Of a stretch of DNA of 64,000 nucleotides, positions 39,854-46,985 are shown piece after piece. Positions within the stretch are counted from its first letter, which is position 1; every line of letters starts with the position of its first letter. The translations under genes and the position numbers were made by a program. The stretch is from Candidatus Multivoraceae bacterium (GTDB lineage: Bacteria; Acidobacteriota; Thermoanaerobaculia; Multivoradales; Multivoraceae). The DNA is taken from contig OZ244782.1 of assembly GCA_965219625.1 (NCBI GenBank), positions 182,911-246,910 of the forward strand, read 5' to 3'. Below the pieces are notes generated by a model. It was given only the letters and a program-made list of their open reading frames with translations. It was not told the DNA's origin and ran no database searches.

Positions 39854-41332
39854 CTACCAACTGGCCGACGAGGCGCCGCTTGAACCCGGGGCCGGCATCC
39901 GCTCGCTCGCACCAGCACCGGGAAGATCGACATCGGGGGCCATGCGGATGACCTGCTCGTACAACTCCGCGCGCCGGCGACGAAGCCGCGCGAGCGTTCG
40001 TCGTCGAAAGCCGCCAGCCCACAGAGCCCGCAGCCCGTGTCCGAGTTCGCCGACGAAGCGGTGGTAGCGCAGTCCGAGCAGGGCCGACGCGCAGCACAGG
40101 GCGAGCATGCCGGCGAAGCGGACGCCCAGAGACTCCGGATACCAGTCGAATCCGGGCAGCGGCCGCGTCCAGATCAGGCTGACGAGGAGACTCGACAGGA
40201 GCCATGCCGTCGGCAGGACGACGAAGCCGAGCACGATCTTCAGCCCGGCCTCTTCCTTGCGGGTCACCGAGAGACGGCGAGCAGCGTGACGAACCAGCAG
40301 CGCCGCCGGCAGGTTGATCAGGTTGCCGACGAGAACCACGGTGGGCAAGAGCGCGAGCATGAGGACGAGCTCGGTCAGGAGCAGAAGGAACCGCAGAACG
40401 GTCCGCCGAACCGGAACCCGGTCGAGGTCGCGATCATCCAAGCCCAGCAACCGGAGCGCCTCGCCGTAGCGAGTCACCCGGGTCAACAACCCCTTGAGCG
40501 CGGCCGGATCCGTTGCTCGCCAAGCGTGATAGCCGAGCCAAACCCGGGAAAACCCGAGATCCCGCTCGTGCATCGCCGCGCGTTCCAATCGGGTACCGGC
40601 ACGAGCCGCTCGCTCGGCGCGAACAAGCGACGTCACCCGTTGCATCGCCCGGTGAATCTCCCAACTCTCCGTCGGATGAGTCACCGCGACCAGACGTCGT
40701 TCGATCTCGGCGGTCAGGCGCGCGACGAAACTCGATTCTCCCGACCCGGAGAGACCGTCCGCTTCTCCGACCAGTTCGGCCGCCAGCTCGACGGGCGGAT
40801 GAAAGGTGACCAGCGCCCGCGATCGAAACGCGTGCTTTCTCTCGTAGTGGAGCCCCACCGGGAGGAGCGCGGGCGCCGCACCGTTCTCCCTGGCCCGCGC
40901 GAACAGCCGCGCCGCGCCCGTCCGCAGTTCGAGCAGTCCGGGCTCGTCGTGGGTCGCACCCTCCGGAAAGACGGCCACGAAGGAACGTCGCGCTGCCGCC
41001 GCCAACGCCCCAAGGCTCTCCTGGTTTGCCGCCCGGCGCTCGCCGTCGCTCGTCGGCGCTCCGGGTTGCCCGCGGTCCTGCGGACGATAAAGGGGCACTG
41101 CACCGACGCCCCGGAGCACCCAGCCCACAAGCGGAAGGCGGAACAGGCCGTGCCTGGCCCCGAAGACGACCGGCCGCGGACAGAAACCGAGGATCAGAAT
41201 GCCGTCGGCGAGCCCGTTCGGATGCCACGCGACGAGCAACCCGCCGCCGGCCTCGGGAACATGTTCTTGGCCCACGACCTCGACTCGGCGAAAGAACAGC
41301 CTCGCCAGCAAGCGGAGCAATCCGGCGAGCAT
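39854..41332 (-). CDS. PlsC-type (lysophospholipid) acyltransferase fused to a multi-TM C-terminal domain
   Basis: The ATG is at 41332 (MLAGLLRLLARLFFRR). The HxxxxD acyltransferase motif reads VAWHPNGLADG, and VFPEGATHD is also present. The C-terminal part of about 200 aa has several hydrophobic helices. The upstream part of the track ORF is Arg-rich junk. Confidence 0.75.
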   Translation of the reverse strand: MLAGLLRLLARLFFRRVEVVGQEHVPEAGGGLLVAWHPNGLADGILILGFCPRPVVFGARHGLFRLPLVGWVLRGVGAVPLYRPQDRGQPGAPTSDGERRAANQESLGALAAAARRSFVAVFPEGATHDEPGLLELRTGAARLFARARENGAAPALLPVGLHYERKHAFRSRALVTFHPPVELAAELVGEADGLSGSGESSFVARLTAEIERRLVAVTHPTESWEIHRAMQRVTSLVRAERAARAGTRLERAAMHERDLGFSRVWLGYHAWRATDPAALKGLLTRVTRYGEALRLLGLDDRDLDRVPVRRTVLRFLLLLTELVLMLALLPTVVLVGNLINLPAALLVRHAARRLSVTRKEEAGLKIVLGFVVLPTAWLLSSLLVSLIWTRPLPGFDWYPESLGVRFAGMLALCCASALLGLRYHRFVGELGHGLRALWAGGFRRRTLARLRRRRAELYEQVIRMAPDVDLPGAGASERMPAPGSSGASSASW

Positions 41333-41438
41333 ACGCGCCCTGAACCCGCTCTCACGCGTCGCCGCTCCCGCCACTGGAATCTCCTCGGAGAGCGGCGAGT
41401 CTACGCGAACGCAGGGGCTGCGTGCACGCAGATGCAAG

Positions 41439-41467
41439 AAGAGCGCAGGCACTCGACCTGCGCTCTT
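41439..41467. other. Perfect 11-bp inverted repeat (AAGAGCGCAGG-N7-CCTGCGCTCTT) in the 0.5-kb spacer between the paralog array and the acyltransferase gene
   Basis: The arms are at 41439-41449 and 41457-41467. A 14-nt palindrome, CTGCGTGCACGCAG, lies next to it at 41418-41431. It could be a U-tract-less terminator for the array or an operator for the acyltransferase gene. Its function is unknown. Confidence 0.5.
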
Positions 41468-41835
41468 CGCGGTCCGCAGACCGAACGGCTGCAGTTTCGC
41501 GGTGGGCTTATCGCCCGGTGGGCTCCGACCGCATCTGTCGACATCTCGGGTCCGACCGCTGCGGATGCGTCGCATCCGTCGAGCGGTCCCGGTCGTTCAG
41601 ATCACGGCCGCACAGCCGGATATCGATCGTCCGTTCGGGCAGCGGGACCTGGAGCCCCCGGCGACGCGCTCCTGGCGGTCAGCCAGTGCCGCACCGGGGG
41701 CTGAAGATGGCCCGGCGGTGTCATGACGCCTCCTTCCGTTCGAACATGAGAACACCGTACGCACGGTGCGGAAGGCTGTCAAGCGACCGACCGGTCGGCA
41801 ACTCCCTCGAACGCGACCGAGCGTGCCCGTTCAGG

Positions 41836-43683
41836 TCACCCTTCCGGTGGAGAAACTCCCTGCTCGGGATACACCCCGCTGCCGCCAGCCTCGATGTACT
41901 TCGTCCAGAAGTTCGGAGGCCACGGCAGAACCAGCCAGTCCGCGAAGCCTTCGACGAAGGTCGGCAACGGCCCCCTGCAGTCCCGCTCCACGTTCGCCGC
42001 CCACTCGGGCTTGCACTCAAGCGTCGGACCGCCGCCAAGGGAACGCGTCACGGCGTCCGGGTCGTCGCGAACGCCCGGCGCAGCCTCTCGCGCCGCTCGG
42101 ACCGCCTCGACCTGCACGTCGTATCGATCCGCCGGCACGATCCTCCCGCCGTCCGTGGACCGGCCGACGCAGACCCTCTGCTCGCCCGCCGGAAGGTCCC
42201 GTTCCCACGAGTACGTCTCCGGCACGCCGGTCACCGAGAGCCCCGTCCGCTCGGTCACCGAGAACCTGACCCGCTGCGCGGTCGCCAACGTGAAGTCGTG
42301 ACAGGGCTCGGCGGGCGCGTCGTCCACCTTGAGCTCCACCAGGGCGCCCGCATTCTGCGGCAGTCGGGCGGCGGCGGAAACCGTCGCCGCGTCGGACGCG
42401 GTCGCGGACGGCCTCGAGCCAGCGTCCACGCCAGGCGCGTTGTGGACCGTCAGCAGGCTCGGCATCGGCGTCATGTCGAGGATCCGAGCGCAGCGGTCGA
42501 GCGTGCCGTCGACCATGCAGCGCTCGAGGACGAGCGCCTTCGTGCCGTTCGGGCTGACGTGGAAGAGGCCGGGAGACGCAGACTGGTAGAGGGCGAACAA
42601 CGTGCCTTCATGCCAGCCCGTAGAGCGCTCGATCAAGCCAGCTGGCGCAAGGGGATCGCGCCAGATGTAGTCGATTCGGTACTGCCCGTCCCGCGTCGCC
42701 AAACCGACGAGGCCACGCGTGCGCGGCCGGAGTCCACCGTCGTAGACCTCCCACCCCTCCACCTGCCAATACGGTTCCGTCGGCGGACCGGAGAGGCCGA
42801 GATCCGGAAGGTGGTAGGCACGGAGCTCGCCGCTCTTCGTCTCGCTGCTCTTCGTCGCCGACCAGAGGACGTGAGCCGCCCCTTGCCAGCCGAACTCCCA
42901 CTCGTCGTCTCCCGGAAAGAGCTCGAAGGGATGGCTCGCCTCGTCGTCCTCATCAATGTGGACCGTGTAGACGTGGAAGTCTCCGTCATCACTTTCGGCC
43001 CATGGAAGTTGAAGGACGGGACCCTCGGAATCCAACAAGCTGAACCAATAGGCCGGCTCCGGCTCATCCCAGGGACCGTAGGTCCCGGGTTCGTCAAAAT
43101 GAACGGCGACCCGCCGTTTGACGACCGCTTTCCTGGACGTGAAGTCGCCGAGCCTGATCTCCACGCGGTCGAAGAGCGGATGATCCACGTCGCCGGACTC
43201 CCGTTCGGCCACCGCCCAGACCTCGCCGTCTGGAGACACCTCGAAGGCTGCCTCTGCCAAGTTGGGCCATTCCCTGTTGTCCCAACTCCACACCTGCTTC
43301 ACGTCGCCGCCGGGAAGGATCTCGATGACCTCCTCCGTCCAGGCGCCGTAGCCTCCGTTATCCAAGGGCCCCTTGACGCTCGTCAGCCAAATGCGCCCGT
43401 TCCTCAGCTTCCGCATCCGTCGCACACGGGTCTCCGGCAATTCGACCGCGTCGAGGAGCGAGCCGTCCGCCCCAAGCCGCAGGAAGAACGAACCCTCCGC
43501 GATCACATCATCGAAGATCTGCCCCGCTCCAAAGACAGGTCGAAACAGCAGGACAGCCCGCCCGTCGTCCTCGATGTAACCCGACACGTACTCAGCCTCG
43601 GGCAGTACGAGTCCCTCGTCAGCGAGCAACGGAGCCGCCGCAAGGCAGCAACACAAGTACATCCAGCACGTCCGCTTCGTCAT
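41836..43683 (-). CDS. Array paralog 1: signal-peptide protein of the unnamed ~420-aa family, fused at its C-terminus to a ~200-aa copy of the peptidase middle module
   Basis: The ATG is at 43683 (MTKRTCWMYLCCCLAAAPLLADEG). Residues up to ...ARILDMTPMPSLLT align with paralogs 2-4. The part encoded by 41836..~42448 (EPCHDFTLATAQRVRFSVTERTGLSVTG...PADRYDVQVEA...PWPPNFW) aligns with the region around aa 495-640 of the 848-aa peptidase ORF. Confidence 0.8.
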   Translation of the reverse strand: MTKRTCWMYLCCCLAAAPLLADEGLVLPEAEYVSGYIEDDGRAVLLFRPVFGAGQIFDDVIAEGSFFLRLGADGSLLDAVELPETRVRRMRKLRNGRIWLTSVKGPLDNGGYGAWTEEVIEILPGGDVKQVWSWDNREWPNLAEAAFEVSPDGEVWAVAERESGDVDHPLFDRVEIRLGDFTSRKAVVKRRVAVHFDEPGTYGPWDEPEPAYWFSLLDSEGPVLQLPWAESDDGDFHVYTVHIDEDDEASHPFELFPGDDEWEFGWQGAAHVLWSATKSSETKSGELRAYHLPDLGLSGPPTEPYWQVEGWEVYDGGLRPRTRGLVGLATRDGQYRIDYIWRDPLAPAGLIERSTGWHEGTLFALYQSASPGLFHVSPNGTKALVLERCMVDGTLDRCARILDMTPMPSLLTVHNAPGVDAGSRPSATASDAATVSAAARLPQNAGALVELKVDDAPAEPCHDFTLATAQRVRFSVTERTGLSVTGVPETYSWERDLPAGEQRVCVGRSTDGGRIVPADRYDVQVEAVRAAREAAPGVRDDPDAVTRSLGGGPTLECKPEWAANVERDCRGPLPTFVEGFADWLVLPWPPNFWTKYIEAGGSGVYPEQGVSPPEG

Positions 43684-43910
43684 CTCGTCACCCCCCACTC
43701 CTCGCAACTGTCCGGTTCCGGCCCGAACGTCCAGCGTGCCCCCTCCGCTGCCCCCTCGCGGCCCGAGCAGAAGAGCGAGGTCAACCGCTTCCTGCCCTCG
43801 TCAGTGGTAGAGCCAAGCTCGTTGCTGCCCAAGCGAAGAGGATCTCGACGCACGTTGCAGGCTGCACCGTACCAGCCGTTGAACGGCCGAGGAGTGAACG
43901 CGGCGCCCAA
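43680..43910 (-). pseudogene. Relic 1 of an M23-peptidase gene 3' end
   Basis: The 76-aa ORF ends ...EGARWTFGPEPDSCEE. The usual stop has mutated to Trp, so it runs into the paralog 1 start. FNGWYG...WTFGPEP-SCEE aligns with FIGFYG...WTFGPEPNSCEE at the end of the intact peptidase, but the HxH catalytic motif is missing. Confidence 0.55.
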
Positions 43911-43950
43911 GGCCTGGGACGCCTCGAGCCTCTTCGATCTCCAGGGACGC

Positions 43951-45185
43951 CTATTCTCCGTCGCCGGACTCGCTTGAACTCGTCAGCAGGCTCGGCATCG
44001 GCGTCATGTCGAGGATCCGAGCGCAGCGGTCGACCATGCAGCGCTCAAGGACGAGCGCCTTCGTGCCGTTCGGCTGACGTGGAAGAGACCGGGAGACGCA
44101 GACTGGTAGAGGCCGAACAACGTGCCTTCATGCCAGCCCGTAGAGCGCTCGATCAAGCCAGCTGGCGCAAGGGGATCGCGGACAATGTGATCGATCCGAT
44201 ACTGACCGCCTCGTAACGCGACTCCCTTGAGTCCGCGGTCAGAGCTCGGCCACAACCAGTCGTATTCGTTGTCTTTCTCGACGGCCCAGAACGGCGTCGT
44301 GGGATCGCCCGAAAGACCCAGGTCGGGAAGATGATACGCCCTCAGCTGACTGTTCGTTTCCGACCACAGAACCCGCTCCGCCACCTGCCAACTTCTAACC
44401 CCTTCACCCCTTCCCGGAAACACCTCGAACCGGTAACTCACCTCGTCTTCCTCGCCAATGTGGACGGTGTAGAGACGACCGTCGCCGCTAGCACTATCGA
44501 CCCACGGAAGTTGCACGACGGGACCGTCGGAATCCAACAAGCGAAACCAATAGGCTGGATCCGGCTCATCCCAAGGCCCATAGGTCCCCGGCTCGTCGAA
44601 GTGAACGGTGATCCTCCGCCTGACGTCCGCCTTGCTGGACGCGAAGTCTCCAAGCTCGATCTCCACCCGGTCGAAGAGTGGATTCTCGAGTTCGCCGGAT
44701 TCCCGTTCGGCTACCGCCCAGGCCTCGCCGTCTGGAGACACTTCGAAAGCCGCATCTATCAAGGCGGGCCATTCCCTGGTGTCCCAGCTCCAGATCTGCT
44801 TCACGTCGCCGCCGGGGAGGATCTCGATGACCTCCTCCGTCCAGGCGCCGTAGCCTCCGTTATCCAAGGGCCCCTTGACGCTCGTCAGCCAGATGCGCCC
44901 GTTCTCGAGCTTCCTCATCCGTCGCACACGGGTCTCCGGCAATTCGACCGCGTCGAGGAACGAGCCGTCCGCCCCAAGCCGCAGGAAGAACGAACCCTCC
45001 GCGATCACATCATCGAAGATCTGCCCCGCTCCAAAGACAGGTCGAAACAGCAGGACAGCCCGCCCGTCGTCCTCGATGTAACCCGACACGTACTCAGCCT
45101 CGGGCAGTACGAGTCCCTCGTCAGCGAGCAACGGAGCCGCCGCAAGGCAGCAACACAAGTACATCCAGCACGTCCGCTTCGTCAT
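43951..45185 (-). pseudogene. Array paralog 2: frameshifted C-terminus (open frame only 44004..45185)
   Basis: The N-terminal ~130 aa are nearly identical to paralog 1. Relative to the other copies, one G is missing from a GGG run (about 44072) and a 12-bp in-frame segment is missing (about 44031). The last 26 codons are therefore out of frame. The ancestral stop (cta) is still visible at 43951-43953. Confidence 0.6.
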
Positions 45186-45200
45186 TGTCTCAGGTCCTCC

Positions 45201-45416
45201 TCACTCCTCGCAGCTGTTCGGTTCCGGCCCGAACGTCCAGCGTGCCCCCTCCGCTGCCCCCTCGCGGCCCGAGCAGAAGAGCGAGGTCAACCGCTTCCTG
45301 CCCTCGTCAGTGGCAAGGCCAAGCTCGTTGCTGCCCAAGCGAAGAGGATCTCGACGCACGTTGCAGGCTGCACCGTACCAGCCGTTGAACGGCCGAGGGA
45401 TGAACGCGGCGCCCAA
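45201..45416 (-). pseudogene. Relic 2 of an M23-peptidase gene 3' end
   Basis: The 71-aa ORF reads MGAAFIPRPFNGWYGAACNVRRDPLRLGSNELGLATDEGRKRLTSLFCSGREGAAEGARWTFGPEPNSCEE. The alignment argument is the same as for relic 1. Confidence 0.55.
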
Positions 45417-45456
45417 GGCCTGGGACGCCTCGAGCCTCTTCGATCTCCAGGGACGT

Positions 45457-46719
45457 CTATTCTCCGTCGCCGGACTCGCTTGAACTCGTCAGCAGGCTCG
45501 GCATCGGCGTCATGTCGAGGATCCGAGCGCAGCGGTCGAGCGTGCCGTCGACCATGCAGCGCTCGAGGACGAGCGCCTTCGTGCCGTTCGGGCTGACGTG
45601 GAAGAGGCCGTTCTCCGCCCGATAGATCGTGAACAGGACCCCATCCTGCCATCCGGTCGAACGCTCGACGAGGGCCGATGGCGCCAACGGATCCCGCCAG
45701 ATGTAGTCGATTCGGTACTGCCCGTCCCGCGTCGCCAAACCGACGAGGCCACGCACCCGCGGCCAGAGGCGGCCGTCGTAGGCCTCCCTCCCCTCCACCT
45801 GCCAATACGATTCCGTCGGTAGGCCGGAAAGGCCGAGATCCGGAAGGTGGTAGGCACGGAGCTCGCCGCTCTTCGTCTCGCCGCTCTTCGCCGCCGACCA
45901 GACGACACGATCGGCACCCTGCCAGCTGAACTGCCCCTCGTCGTCTCCCGGGAACAGCTCGAAGAAGTGGCTCGCTTCACCGTCTTCATTGATGTGGACC
46001 GTGTAGACGTGGATTTCGCCGTCATCGCCGTCGACCCAGGGAAGTTGCAGGACGGGACCTTCGGAAGCCAACCAGACAAACCAATAGAGCGGATTCCCCT
46101 CATCCCAAGGTCCATAGGTCCCCGGCTCGTCGAAGTGAACGGTGATCCTCCGTTTGACGTCCGCCTTGCTGGACGCGAAGTCGCCGAGCTTGATCTCCAC
46201 CCGGTCGAAGAGCGGAATCTCGACCTTGGCAGACCCCCGTTCGGCTACCGCCCAGGCCTCGCCGTCCGGCGACACGTTGAAGGCTGCGTCTATCAAGGCG
46301 GGCCATTCCCTGGTGTCCCAGCTCCAGATCTGCTTCACTTCGCCGCCGGGAAGGACCTCGATGACCTCCTCCGTCCAGGCGCCGTAGCCGGCGTCATCCA
46401 AGGGCCCTTTGACGCTCGTCAGCCAGATGCGCCCGTTCCTCAGCTTCCACATCCGTCGCGCTTCCGTATCCGGCAACTCGACCGTGTCGAGGAGCGAACC
46501 GTCCGCCCCAAGCCGCAGGAAGAACGAACCCTCCGCAAGGAAATCATCGAAGACCTGCCCCGGCCGGAGGACCGGTCGAAACAGCAGAACAGCCCGCCCG
46601 TCGTCCTCGATATAACCGTCGACGTACTCGCTACGCGGAAGGGTGACCCCGCCGGCGCCGAACAGGACGCCGACCGACGCAAGGCAGAAGAGGTACGTCC
46701 AACACGTCCGCTTGGTCAT
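45457..46719 (-). CDS. Array paralog 3: secreted protein of the unnamed ~420-aa family
   Basis: 420 aa with the signal peptide MTKRTCWTYLFCLASVGVLFGAGG. SPDGE and SPNGTK motifs hint at a PD40/TolB-like beta-propeller. It is about 90% identical to paralog 4. Confidence 0.8.
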   Translation of the reverse strand: MTKRTCWTYLFCLASVGVLFGAGGVTLPRSEYVDGYIEDDGRAVLLFRPVLRPGQVFDDFLAEGSFFLRLGADGSLLDTVELPDTEARRMWKLRNGRIWLTSVKGPLDDAGYGAWTEEVIEVLPGGEVKQIWSWDTREWPALIDAAFNVSPDGEAWAVAERGSAKVEIPLFDRVEIKLGDFASSKADVKRRITVHFDEPGTYGPWDEGNPLYWFVWLASEGPVLQLPWVDGDDGEIHVYTVHINEDGEASHFFELFPGDDEGQFSWQGADRVVWSAAKSGETKSGELRAYHLPDLGLSGLPTESYWQVEGREAYDGRLWPRVRGLVGLATRDGQYRIDYIWRDPLAPSALVERSTGWQDGVLFTIYRAENGLFHVSPNGTKALVLERCMVDGTLDRCARILDMTPMPSLLTSSSESGDGE

Positions 46720-46723
46720 CTCG

Positions 46724-46945
46724 TCACCCCCTCACTCTTCGCAACTGTCCGGCTCCGGCCCGAACGTCCAGCGTGCCCCTCCGCTGCCACGTCGCGGCCG
46801 AGCAGAAGAGCGAGGTCAACCGCTTCCTGCCCTCGTCAGCGGTCAAGCCAAGCTCGTTGCTGCCCAAGCGAAGAGGACCTCGACGCACGTTGCAGGCTGC
46901 ACCGTACCAGCCGTTGAACGGCCGAGGGATGAACGCCGCGCCCAA
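46724..46945 (-). pseudogene. Relic 3 of an M23-peptidase gene 3' end (internally frameshifted)
   Basis: The start matches relics 1 and 2 (MGAAFIPRPFNGWYGAACNVRRGPLRLGSNELG). After SLFCS the frame changes and the WTFGPEPNSCEE tail is lost from this frame. Confidence 0.55.
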
Positions 46946-46985
46946 GGCCTGGGACGCCTCGAGCCTCTTCGATCTCCAGGGACGC

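Noticed and set aside
43680-46945. The 71-76-codon ORFs between paralogs as independent small-protein (toxin or bacteriocin-like) genes.
   Set aside because: The three copies do not share one reading frame throughout. Relic 3 is frameshifted, relic 1 has lost its stop, and none has a signal peptide. Their sequence aligns with the C-terminal end of the M23 domain without its catalytic HxH. Gene relics explain them better, but translation has not been excluded.
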